The position numbers and the translations under genes were made by a program. A stretch of 64,000 nt of DNA from Candidatus Iainarchaeum sp. (GTDB lineage Archaea; Iainarchaeota; Iainarchaeia; Iainarchaeales; JAZDDZ01): NCBI GenBank assembly GCA_043809245.1, contig JAZDDZ010000047.1, forward strand, positions 43,223 to 107,222. Reading direction: 5' to 3'. Below, piece after piece: positions 19,183-27,891 of this stretch; the first letter of the stretch is position 1; each line of letters starts with the position of its first letter. Under the pieces are notes generated by a model. It saw only the letters and a list, made by a program, of their open reading frames with translations. It had not been told where the DNA came from and searched no databases.

Positions 19183-20670
19183 ATGCCAACAGAGGAAATC
19201 ATTAATCTAGCGCTCAGGAGAAGCCTTTTCTATCCCACGGCGGAGATTTACGCTAACTCTCCCTCCGGCTTTTGGGAGTTCGGCCCAATAGGCGAGAGGA
19301 TAAGGCGCAAGGTAGTTGACTTCTGGCGCAGGGAGCTGGTGGAAAAAGAAGGCTTTATTGAAATCTTTGGCTCGCAGATTTTGCCGGAAGCGGTTTTCCG
19401 CGCTTCAGGGCACCTTGAGAGCTTTAACGACCCCATAGTCCAATGCAAGAAATGCAATTCCCTGCACCGCGCAGACCAGTTGATTGCATCTGTTTCAAAG
19501 GGATTGGTGCCTGAAAGCCTTGCCACAAAAGAGCTGGATGCACTAATAAAAAAACACGAAGTGAAGTGCCCGAAATGCAAAAGCAACCAGTTCAATGAAG
19601 TCAGGAAATTCAACATGATGATGAAAGTTGATATTGGCGCAACAGGAAACCAGCCCTGCTATCTTCGCCCTGAAACCTGCCAAAGCATTTTCCTTGACTT
19701 TGACCGCTTGTACAAGACAATGCGAAAAAATCTGCCGCTCGGCATTGCACAGGCCGGGGCTTCTTTCCGAAACGAAATCGCTCCAAGAAACACTTTGCTG
19801 AGGGCGCGCGAGTTCGGGCAGATGGAATTGGAGATTTTCTTCAACCCGAAGAAAGCGGATGAAGTTGAGAAATGGGTTGAAGTGGAAAAATATGAATTGA
19901 ATTTAATGCTTGACGGTTCGGAAAAAATTCAGCAAATTTCCTGCTCTGACGCGATTGCGAAAAAAATTATTTCCGGCAAAATGATTGCCTATTACCTTGC
20001 GCGCACCCAGAAATTGTTTGAATTGCTTGGCGTTCCGCTTGAAAAAATGCGCTTCAGGCAGTTAGGCAAAGACGAAAAGGCGTTTTACGCGAAAGAGGCC
20101 TTTGACTTTGAGGTTCTTTCCTCACTTGGCTGGATTGAATTGATTGCATGCAACAACCGAAGCGATTATGACTTGAAAGGGCATGCAAAGGAAAGCAAAA
20201 AGGCTTTGACAGTGAAAGAGGATGGCGAAGAATTTTTGCCGCACATTTTTGAGTTAAGCGCAGGCATTGACAGAACATTCTTTGTTTTGCTTGACTTGGC
20301 TTACAGGAAAGAAAAGCGCGGGCCGGAGGAAAGGGTTTTCCTTGACCTGCAGCCAAAGCTCGCGCCTTACTTTGTTGCAGTTTTTCCTTTGGTGAACAAG
20401 GAAGGCATTGACTTAAAGGCAAAAAAACTTCATGATGAAATTGTCTCGTTTGGCTTTGAATCACTTTTTGATGGCAGTGGAAGCATTGGGAAAAGGTATG
20501 CGCGCGTTGACGAAATCGGCGTGCCTTATGCAATCACCTGTGACTTTGACTCTTTAAAGGATAACACGGTTACACTGAGGGAAAGGACGTCAATGAAGCA
20601 GAAGCGCGTGAAAACAAGCGATTTGCCTCAAACGCTCTGGCTTTTGTCGCTTGGAAAGGAAAAATTCTGA
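19183..20670 (+). CDS. glyS: Glycine--tRNA ligase (alpha2 type)
   Basis: ASGHLESFND, LRPETCQSIF, FRNEIAPR..REFGQME, SIGKRYAR.DEIG. Confidence 0.95.
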   Translation: MPTEEIINLALRRSLFYPTAEIYANSPSGFWEFGPIGERIRRKVVDFWRRELVEKEGFIEIFGSQILPEAVFRASGHLESFNDPIVQCKKCNSLHRADQLIASVSKGLVPESLATKELDALIKKHEVKCPKCKSNQFNEVRKFNMMMKVDIGATGNQPCYLRPETCQSIFLDFDRLYKTMRKNLPLGIAQAGASFRNEIAPRNTLLRAREFGQMELEIFFNPKKADEVEKWVEVEKYELNLMLDGSEKIQQISCSDAIAKKIISGKMIAYYLARTQKLFELLGVPLEKMRFRQLGKDEKAFYAKEAFDFEVLSSLGWIELIACNNRSDYDLKGHAKESKKALTVKEDGEEFLPHIFELSAGIDRTFFVLLDLAYRKEKRGPEERVFLDLQPKLAPYFVAVFPLVNKEGIDLKAKKLHDEIVSFGFESLFDGSGSIGKRYARVDEIGVPYAITCDFDSLKDNTVTLRERTSMKQKRVKTSDLPQTLWLLSLGKEKF

Positions 20671-20714
20671 AGGAAAAGAGTTTTAATTCAATTCCACCAA
20701 ATTCTTCTTTTGCT

Positions 20715-20786
20715 GCCGCGGTAGCACAACGGCAATGCAGCGCACTCGTAATGCGCAGACTGGGGGTTCGATTCCCCCCCGCGGCT
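20715..20786 (+). tRNA. tRNA-Thr(CGT)
   Basis: GCCGCGG/CCGCGGC-T acceptor; GCGCA-CTCGTAA-TGCGC; GGGGG-TTCGATT-CCCCC. Confidence 0.92.
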
Positions 20787-20860
20787 TTTTCTCTGCTTTT
20801 ACCTTGTGCCCTGCCAGTTCAGAGACAAAGAATAAAAATTGATTGCTCCTTTTTTATAAT

Positions 20861-21856
20861 ATGAATAATAGGGTTAGTTTTAGCTCTAAAAAAGAAGCTT
20901 CAAATTTTTTTGAGTGCGCTAGAAACACGGGAAAGTTCAATTCATGGCGGGAACTCGCTGTTTTTCTAAATGTGCGTATTGGAAAATTGTGGGATTACAG
21001 GAAAGGGACATATTCCCTGCCTTCGGGCAAATTCGAGGCTCTGATAAATCTCGTGCCATCGCGCATGCGAAAAAGGTTCGAAAATGCCGTAACAATAATG
21101 CCCTCCAACTGGGGCCAATCAAAGGGCGGCTGCATTACTTATTCTAGACATAAAAAAATTTTCGATGACGGAAGGGCTAAAGCCAGGGAAAACAGGTTAT
21201 TAAATGCAAAATACGACTTTGACTCAGCCATGCCTTTAAATGAAAAGCTTTGCGAATTTTTAGGCGCATTTATAGGAGATGGTTTCACAAACGCTTACAA
21301 CGGGCATTACATGACCCAGTTTGCAGGACATTCCAAGTTGGATGCGGACTATTACAACAATTTGATTATTCCGTATGCGAAGCAATTATTCGGCTTTGAA
21401 AAGCCATATATAAGAACAAAAGCCAATGCGTTATGGGTTACTTTTTATTCAAAAAGATTATTTGAATTTATGACTAAAAGGTTCGGGTTTCCTGCAGGGA
21501 AAAAATCCGCTTCAGTTTTAATACCTGGAGAGGTATTGGATTCAGACAAGACCAACATTTGTGCGCTGTTGAGGGGGTTATTCAATACTGATGGTGGAGT
21601 TCACTTTGACAAACGAAAAATTTACAAAACACCTTACATGCGAATCGAATTACACATGAAAAATGAACGGATCATCGAACAAGTTTATATTGAGTTAATA
21701 AGATTGGGAATTAATGCCAAAAGAAATAGTTCAAGCACGAGAGTGCAGATAAATTCAGAACAAGCAGTTTCAACATATCTCAATCAAATCGGGTTTTCCA
21801 ATAAAAGACATCTGGACAGAATTAGTTCCAGGGGCGTTTCCAATTCCACCTCATAG
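20861..21856 (+). CDS. Free-standing HTH + LAGLIDADG homing endonuclease; stop overlaps a tRNA 3' half
   Basis: SWRELAVFL HTH, NWGQSKGG, FLGAFIGDG, LRGLFNTDG, IGFSN.RH. Confidence 0.87.
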   Translation: MNNRVSFSSKKEASNFFECARNTGKFNSWRELAVFLNVRIGKLWDYRKGTYSLPSGKFEALINLVPSRMRKRFENAVTIMPSNWGQSKGGCITYSRHKKIFDDGRAKARENRLLNAKYDFDSAMPLNEKLCEFLGAFIGDGFTNAYNGHYMTQFAGHSKLDADYYNNLIIPYAKQLFGFEKPYIRTKANALWVTFYSKRLFEFMTKRFGFPAGKKSASVLIPGEVLDSDKTNICALLRGLFNTDGGVHFDKRKIYKTPYMRIELHMKNERIIEQVYIELIRLGINAKRNSSSTRVQINSEQAVSTYLNQIGFSNKRHLDRISSRGVSNSTS

Positions 21857-21890
21857 CAGGGGGTCGGGGGTTCAAATCCCTCTCGGGGCT
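21855..21890 (+). pseudogene. Isolated tRNA 3' half (Thr-like, U73)
   Basis: A-GCAGG-GGGTC-GGGGG-TTCAAAT-CCCTC-TCGGGGC-T followed by a T-run; no intact adjacent 5' half. Confidence 0.75.
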
Positions 21891-21917
21891 TTTTCATTCA
21901 GATTAAAGGGATTTCTA

Positions 21918-22247
21918 ATGGTTGCAAACGACAGGCAGCAGAGCTGGAGCGAATACCTTGACAAGGAAAAAGAAAACAAGCTGTTTGTGAGGTTTGTTTT
22001 TTCGCCGGACTTCAAGGAAGTGGAGGAATTCGCAGTAATCTATTTAACGACGGTTGGCGATGAAATATGCGAGGTTATTAGATTTGACTGCTCCGAAAGG
22101 GAAGCAGTAAACGTCCACCAGTTTTTTCATAAGCCGCCGAAAAAAATTTACCTGAAAAGGGAAAAATGCTACGAAACTCTTGAAGAGTTTATGGAAGACA
22201 TAAGGAAAAAATGGGCGGTTTACCGCTCAAAATTCCTTGAAAAATAG
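21918..22247 (+). CDS. Putative toxin-like protein paired with a wHTH
   Basis: EFAVIYL..EVIRFDCS..VHQFF; adjacent to a wHTH gene. Confidence 0.55.
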   Translation: MVANDRQQSWSEYLDKEKENKLFVRFVFSPDFKEVEEFAVIYLTTVGDEICEVIRFDCSEREAVNVHQFFHKPPKKIYLKREKCYETLEEFMEDIRKKWAVYRSKFLEK

Positions 22248-22296
22248 GGAAAAACCGCAAAGGTTTATATAACCTAACAGGTTATATATCTGTTAG

Positions 22297-22659
22297 GTGA
22301 AACAAATGAAACGGCTTGTAATAAACATTGGCGGGGAAATGCAGAGGGACATTAAAGAGGTCTTTGAATACCCTTCAAAGGCAAAGCCTGGAACGCACTC
22401 GCTTTACTTGAAGGACACTGAAGAGTTTCATCAATTGCTTTCCCCTAAAAGGCTTGAACTGCTTGGTTATATTATAAAGCACCAGAGCGGGAGAAAAACG
22501 ATTTCCGAACTTGCTAAAAAACTGAAAAGAAAGCAGGAGGCAGTCAGCCGCGATGCAAACATTTTGACAAAGTATAGAATCATTGAGAAAATAAGGGAAA
22601 AGCAGATGATTTACCTGAAAGCACTCTATAATTCGCTTGAAATAAGGCTGACTGGCTGA
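22297..22659 (+). CDS. HVO_A0114-like wHTH putative antitoxin
   Basis: LLSPKRLELL..TISELAKKLKRKQEAVSRDANIL; upstream inverted repeat TATATAACCT-AAC-AGGTTATATA. Confidence 0.7.
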   Translation: MKQMKRLVINIGGEMQRDIKEVFEYPSKAKPGTHSLYLKDTEEFHQLLSPKRLELLGYIIKHQSGRKTISELAKKLKRKQEAVSRDANILTKYRIIEKIREKQMIYLKALYNSLEIRLTG

Positions 22660-22663
22660 ATTT

Positions 22664-24154
22664 TCACCCGCTTGTCTGCACAACGAATTGCTGTTCGAAT
22701 GCGTTGACTTGGCTTCCGCTTGCGGGGTCTGCATAGTCTAAGCGGAAAAAGCAGTATTTGATGCTTTCCGCGGGCTCTGTGTTGGGCACGTTTATCTGCA
22801 TGTTAATTAGCTGGTCGTCTCCCGCGTCAAGGCTCTGGAATAGGTCAGGGTTGATTGAAATCCAGTTGCTTATCGTGCCATTGCACTCTGCGTTAATTGT
22901 TATAAGCGAAACCGGCACATCGGAACTGTTTTTCACGGTGACCTGCTCTAACTCGGTCGTGTAAAGGCCTGTGCCAGAATCCTTTTTTATTGAATATGAT
23001 TTCTGCACTCCGCTTACAGAGAACTTTATTTCCGTTGCCTTGACGCTCGTGCTAACCAGGTTTATTTTGCTTGACCAGAAATCGTTGGAAAAATTAACTG
23101 TGCCAGCTATAGAGTCAGCCTGCGCTGAAACAGGCGGCCTGAAAATGACCGTTACAACGGTCTTGCCGCTACTTCCTGAGGGAAGGGAATCGATTGTAGT
23201 CGGGCTGATTTCAAACCATTGCTCGGCGGTTGCAGGGTCGTTGTCGCCTGCAGTGGAAATGGACAGGCCAACGCTTATGCCGTCAATCTCGCTTCCAGTG
23301 CTGTTTGTCACATCAATTATTTTTGTGACTGTTTTTCCCGCTGAAACCGCGCCAAAGCTAAGGTTTGACAGTGAAAGCTTGATTTTCGAAAGGTCCAGTT
23401 TCACCAGTTCAAATTTCGCGCTGGCCTTTGCGTTCTTATTGTTCAGGCCCTTAACCCTCAACTCTGCTGACAGGCCTTCCTTGATTTTGTCCTTTGAAAC
23501 GTCATCCTTCACTTTCAAAACGATTTTTGCGTCAGTTATTCCAGGGGGAATCGAGGAAAGCCTTGTGCCTCCCGCCTGCAGTTCAAGAGAGGAAACAATT
23601 GATGCCAGGTCTCCGCCTGCGACAATCTCTATTGCCTCTTCGCCTGACTCCTTGTTTGAAAGCGAAACATCTATTTCCTTTGTCTGGCCAGTGTAAAGCG
23701 TTGCGGGAAAATCAAGCGATAATTCAAGTGAAACGTTTTTTTCAAGGACAACCGTCTCCTTTGTGCCTTCGCTGCCAACTGATAGTGCGCCAGAAACAGC
23801 CTTGTAGCCTGGGGCTCCGGCATCGTAAGAGTAGGAGCCTTGCTTGAGCTTGATTGAATCCCCTGCCTTAAGTTCCTTTATTGGCATGCCGTCTTCGCCT
23901 GAAACCTGAACTGTCCAGCCCCCGATTGAATCGCCTTCAGTGTCATTCACCGTGAAAGATACATCGTGATAGCTGCCTACAAAGAAATCAAATGCAAACC
24001 AGCCGATTGCCGCTATGACAATCACTAAGACAATAAGGGGAAGGAATTTTTTTCCCTGTTCGCCCACTTCCATTGCCCTGCCTAAAGGCGTTTCCTCGAC
24101 TATCTCCACCCCGCTTCCATATGAAGGCGAGTCAAACCTGTCAAAATCCTGCAT
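22664..24154 (-). CDS. Membrane-anchored extracellular multi-Ig-like protein
   Basis: One N-terminal TM, then S/T/V-rich beta domains (carboxypeptidase-regulatory-like APGYKAVS; Ig-like VTNS). Confidence 0.7.
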   Translation of the reverse strand: MQDFDRFDSPSYGSGVEIVEETPLGRAMEVGEQGKKFLPLIVLVIVIAAIGWFAFDFFVGSYHDVSFTVNDTEGDSIGGWTVQVSGEDGMPIKELKAGDSIKLKQGSYSYDAGAPGYKAVSGALSVGSEGTKETVVLEKNVSLELSLDFPATLYTGQTKEIDVSLSNKESGEEAIEIVAGGDLASIVSSLELQAGGTRLSSIPPGITDAKIVLKVKDDVSKDKIKEGLSAELRVKGLNNKNAKASAKFELVKLDLSKIKLSLSNLSFGAVSAGKTVTKIIDVTNSTGSEIDGISVGLSISTAGDNDPATAEQWFEISPTTIDSLPSGSSGKTVVTVIFRPPVSAQADSIAGTVNFSNDFWSSKINLVSTSVKATEIKFSVSGVQKSYSIKKDSGTGLYTTELEQVTVKNSSDVPVSLITINAECNGTISNWISINPDLFQSLDAGDDQLINMQINVPNTEPAESIKYCFFRLDYADPASGSQVNAFEQQFVVQTSG

Positions 24155-24231
24155 CGGCAAAAAAAACCACTTTTTAACGCTAAGATAAGGCATTAAACAT
24201 ATATAAATATTTTTGTGCGCACAAGCCTTTA

Positions 24232-24624
24232 ATGGATGAAAAGATTCAGCCAAAGGAAAGGGAATTTAACTGGTTTTACTGGTTTATGGCAATACTTGTG
24301 CTTTTGGTTGCGGCACTCATTGCATTCAGCGTTTACTCCAAGCCCCCCGCGGGTTTTTCCGAGGCATGGCTGAACGAATCAAATGGAAACAATTTTTCGT
24401 TTTCAATTAAAAATTCTTTTGATTCAGCGAAAAACTTCCAGTACAAAATATTTTTGGACGGCGCTCAAGTTGCGGATGAAAACGTTTTGCTGCAGGCAAA
24501 AGAAGAAAAAAGCTTATCACGCAAAATTGATTTAAGCGCCTCCAATGAAAAGCAGAAAATCGAAGTGCTTGTATGGCTGGAAGGAAGGCAGGAACCATTT
24601 GATTTGTGGAAATGGGTGGAGTGA
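24232..24624 (+). CDS. Small membrane-anchored protein (DUF1616-like)
   Basis: TM followed by GFSEAWL and a beta-rich domain. Confidence 0.55.
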   Translation: MDEKIQPKEREFNWFYWFMAILVLLVAALIAFSVYSKPPAGFSEAWLNESNGNNFSFSIKNSFDSAKNFQYKIFLDGAQVADENVLLQAKEEKSLSRKIDLSASNEKQKIEVLVWLEGRQEPFDLWKWVE

Positions 24625-24629
24625 AAGAA

Positions 24630-25037
24630 ATGAGAATAGCAATAATTTCTTCAAAGGATTCGTCTTTGGATTTGACTGAGGCAATGCAGGAGTTTTTGGA
24701 GACAGAGATAATCAATGCGGAGGCAGAGGTCTTTGTTTTGCCTGGCGCGCTTGACATTCCGGGAAAGGCAAAGCGCCTTGGGGATGAATTTGAATTGATT
24801 GTCGTTTGCTTTTTTTATTCAGAGGGAGAGGAAAGCGGAACTGTAAGCGTTTTGCTTGAAAAGCTTGTTGACGTGGAAGTCGCTTCCGGTGTTCAGGTGA
24901 TAAAGGCGGTTGATGAGACTTCAGCGGAAAATGATTCTGATGAAAGGGAAACTGAAACGGAAAAAAAGCGATTGCTCAAAAAATGGGGCGAGCTGATAAT
25001 TGAATCGCTGTTCCCGCAGAAAGAAGAAATTGAATGA
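24630..25037 (+). CDS. Divergent lumazine-synthase (RibH)-fold protein
   Basis: MRIAIISS, VFVLPGALDIPGKAKRL..ELIVV; acidic C-terminus. Confidence 0.55.
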   Translation: MRIAIISSKDSSLDLTEAMQEFLETEIINAEAEVFVLPGALDIPGKAKRLGDEFELIVVCFFYSEGEESGTVSVLLEKLVDVEVASGVQVIKAVDETSAENDSDERETETEKKRLLKKWGELIIESLFPQKEEIE

Positions 25038-25053
25038 AACTTTTTTTTCCGGT

Positions 25054-25806
25054 TTATTTTTGCGCAATCATTTCGTTAATCATGTCGTCAATTGAGTAAA
25101 AGCCTTTTTTGCCTTTAACCCATTCCGCAGCCTTTAATGCGCCTGATGCAAAGCCAAGCCTGCTTCTCGCAGTGTGTTTCAGTTCAATAGTATCTGCTTC
25201 CGAGTCAAAGCCTATTATGTGCGTGCCTGGAATTCTTCCCCCGCGAACAGAAGCGAAGTGTAGCTCGCTGGCTTCAGGGGCGCGGTCAAGTTTTTCATAA
25301 ACTGCTTTTGTTTTTCGCGGATATGATTTCAGCACTGATTCCGCAAGCGTTTTCGCTGTGCCGCTCGGGGAATCCTTTTTCGTGTTGTGATGCAACTCGT
25401 AGCCGAAAACATCGTATTCCGGGAACTTGTGGAACCATTGCGATGCGTCCTCCACAATTCGCTTGAACAACGCCAGGCCGATTGAAAAATTTGAAGCGTA
25501 AATCAATCCAATGCCTGACTCTTCAACGATTTTTTTAACCTCGGCCTCGTGTTCGTTCCAGCCAGTTGTGCCTAAGACAATGTTTTTTTTGAATTCCGCG
25601 AGCTTTTTTATGTTATCCATTACCGCCGAGGGATTTGTAAAGTCAATGCATACATCCGCTTTATCAACCGCCTCTTTGCTTATTTCCTTGTAGTCAGCGT
25701 CCTTTGCAGTGGGGTCGATTGTTGCCACTATTATTAGTTTTTGTTCTTCCGCCAGCTGTTTTATGGTGCGGCCCATTTTCCCCAAACCGATTAAAGCGAT
25801 GTTCAT
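25054..25806 (-). CDS. dapB: 4-hydroxy-tetrahydrodipicolinate reductase
   Basis: GLGKMG, IDFT, GTTG, NFSIG, ELHHNTKKDSPSGTA. Confidence 0.95.
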   Translation of the reverse strand: MNIALIGLGKMGRTIKQLAEEQKLIIVATIDPTAKDADYKEISKEAVDKADVCIDFTNPSAVMDNIKKLAEFKKNIVLGTTGWNEHEAEVKKIVEESGIGLIYASNFSIGLALFKRIVEDASQWFHKFPEYDVFGYELHHNTKKDSPSGTAKTLAESVLKSYPRKTKAVYEKLDRAPEASELHFASVRGGRIPGTHIIGFDSEADTIELKHTARSRLGFASGALKAAEWVKGKKGFYSIDDMINEMIAQK

Positions 25807-25867
25807 CAATGCTTTTGGGCTTAAAAGAGTTTAAAAAAACTGTGCTTTGTAATTTTTTCGTGGAACA

Positions 25868-27061
25868 ATGCAGTTTAAGCCTTTTTTAAACCCGAATTTG
25901 CGGAAGATTCTGAATGCCCCTTACCCGTTTGAGGCGGTTGAAGCGAAAAAACTTGAAGCGCAAAAAAAATGGGGAGAAAGGCTGATTGATTTTGGCGTAG
26001 GGGACCCCACTGATGCAACTCCAAAAGTTGTCAGGGAGGCATGCAAAAATGCTGTTGATGCAAGGAAAAGCAGCGGTTACCCTAATTCAATTGGCGAACA
26101 GGAATTCAGGGAGAAAGCAGCGGAATGGCTGAAAAAAAGGTTCAGGGTTAAAGTTTCAGGTTCAGAGATTGTAAGCAATTTTGGCGCCAAGCAATGCATT
26201 TTTCTGATGCCACAGCACTTCATTGAACCCAATAAAGGGCACATAGTGCTTATTCCAAACCCGGGCTATCCGCCTTACACTGACGGAACGGTTATAGCCG
26301 GGGGAAAAACGCATTACCTCAACATTTTAGAGGAAAACGATTTCGAGCCCGATATTGAAAGCCTGCCGAAAGATGCTGTGAAAAAAGCTAAAATTTTGTA
26401 TGTGAACAGCCCGCATAACCCAACCGGAAAGGTTTACGGAAAAGAAAAGCTGAAAGAGCTTGTTGACTTTGCGATTGACAACGGAGTAGTGCTTGTTTCC
26501 GATGAATGCTATTGCGAGAACTATTACAAAGAGCCACCTCACAGCATTCTGGAAGTGCGGAACGCGGAGCAGTGCAGCATTGCAGTGCACTCGTTAAGCA
26601 AAAGGGCTTTGATGACTGGCTACCGCGTGGGCTTTGCCGCAATAAAAAACCCCGAAATAATGCGCGCTTACAAATTGTTTGAGCAGAAAAGCCATTCAGG
26701 CGTTGCAACATTCATTCAGGACGCTGCGATTGCCGCGCTTGACGCGGATGAAGTTGTTGGGGAAATGAATAAAGTTTACGTTCAGAGAATGGACGCATTG
26801 GTTCCCGCGCTCCAAGGCATTGGAATGGAAGTGAAAAAACCGGAAGCAACATTTTATTTGTGGGCAAAATTGCCAGGGAAAAGGAAGCCCGAGGAATTCT
26901 GCGTTGAGTTGCTGCAAAAAAAAGGAATCAATGCGACTCCAGGCAACCTCATTAGTGAAACATTTAACGGAGTAAACCCTGGGGCTGACCGCGCGAGGTT
27001 TGCATTGGTTGCATCGCTGGAGCAGACAAAAGAGGCAGCGGAACGCCTTACGGGAAAGTGA
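25868..27061 (+). CDS. dapL: LL-diaminopimelate aminotransferase (class I/II PLP)
   Basis: DFGVGDP, PNPGYPPY, NSPHNPTG, SDECY, SLSKR..TGYRVG; dap context. Confidence 0.8.
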   Translation: MQFKPFLNPNLRKILNAPYPFEAVEAKKLEAQKKWGERLIDFGVGDPTDATPKVVREACKNAVDARKSSGYPNSIGEQEFREKAAEWLKKRFRVKVSGSEIVSNFGAKQCIFLMPQHFIEPNKGHIVLIPNPGYPPYTDGTVIAGGKTHYLNILEENDFEPDIESLPKDAVKKAKILYVNSPHNPTGKVYGKEKLKELVDFAIDNGVVLVSDECYCENYYKEPPHSILEVRNAEQCSIAVHSLSKRALMTGYRVGFAAIKNPEIMRAYKLFEQKSHSGVATFIQDAAIAALDADEVVGEMNKVYVQRMDALVPALQGIGMEVKKPEATFYLWAKLPGKRKPEEFCVELLQKKGINATPGNLISETFNGVNPGADRARFALVASLEQTKEAAERLTGK

Positions 27062-27068
27062 GAAAATT

Positions 27069-27890
27069 ATGCGGATAGCTTTTTCCAAAATCCACGGAAT
27101 AGGAAATGACTTCATTGTCATAGACGAGCAGGCAAAGGAACTCGTGCCGGAGAAAAACAAGGCTGCTTTCGCGAAAAAATTCTGCAACCGCCGCTTCTCA
27201 ATCGGCGCTGATGGAGTGCTGTTCATGGTTTCGTCAAAAAAAGCGGATTTCAGGATGCGCCTGTTTAACGCGGATGGCTCCGAGGCCGAGAACTGCGTTA
27301 ACGGATTGAGGTGCGTTGCATTGGAAAAATTTTTGTTGGAAGGGAAAAAGAAAAAGGATTTTTTGATTGAAACAATTGCGGGATTGGTTAATGCAAAAGT
27401 TGTTTCATTTCAAGGCAGGGAAAACAAGGCGGAAGTGGAAATACAGGTTTTAGGCAAAGCAGAGGCAGGGGCAAAGGCAGTTATTTCAGTTGAAGGAAAG
27501 TCGTTTGAGTTCTGGCCAGTTGATGTTGGCAATCCGCATGCAGTGATTTTTTTAAAGGAAAAAGTGGAGGGCTTTCCAGTTGAAAGATTCGGCCATGCAA
27601 TGGAGTTCAGTGAAAAATTCGCGCCGAAGAGAGTGAACGCGGAATTCGTTAATGTTCTGTCCCCCTCTAACGTGAAAATGCGTGTGCACGAGCGCGGAGC
27701 ATGCGAAACACAGGCCTGCGGTTCAGGAAGCATTGCAATTGTTCTTGCGGGCATAAGCGAAGGTGTTTTGGAGAAAGGGAAATGGGTGTCAGTGGAGCAG
27801 CCTGGCGGAACCTTGCAGATAAAAGTTGATAAAGGCGTGCTGCTAAAGGGTTCCGCGGAAAAGGTTTTTGAAGGTTCATTGGAGGCATGA
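27069..27890 (+). CDS. dapF: Diaminopimelate epimerase
   Basis: KIHGIGNDF, IGADG, NADGSEAENCVNG, VGNPH, ERGACETQACGSG. Confidence 0.95.
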   Translation: MRIAFSKIHGIGNDFIVIDEQAKELVPEKNKAAFAKKFCNRRFSIGADGVLFMVSSKKADFRMRLFNADGSEAENCVNGLRCVALEKFLLEGKKKKDFLIETIAGLVNAKVVSFQGRENKAEVEIQVLGKAEAGAKAVISVEGKSFEFWPVDVGNPHAVIFLKEKVEGFPVERFGHAMEFSEKFAPKRVNAEFVNVLSPSNVKMRVHERGACETQACGSGSIAIVLAGISEGVLEKGKWVSVEQPGGTLQIKVDKGVLLKGSAEKVFEGSLEA

Positions 27891-27891
27891 G

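Noticed and set aside
20787-21856. Group I intron or integrase-type island downstream of tRNA-Thr
   Set aside because: No room for a ribozyme core, no integrase, and the 3' fragment does not match the adjacent tRNA.
22971-23696. Long antisense ORFs (also 29571..30161, 13927..14448, 34859..35413 and others)
   Set aside because: Shadows of well-supported genes on the opposite strand, with no motifs.
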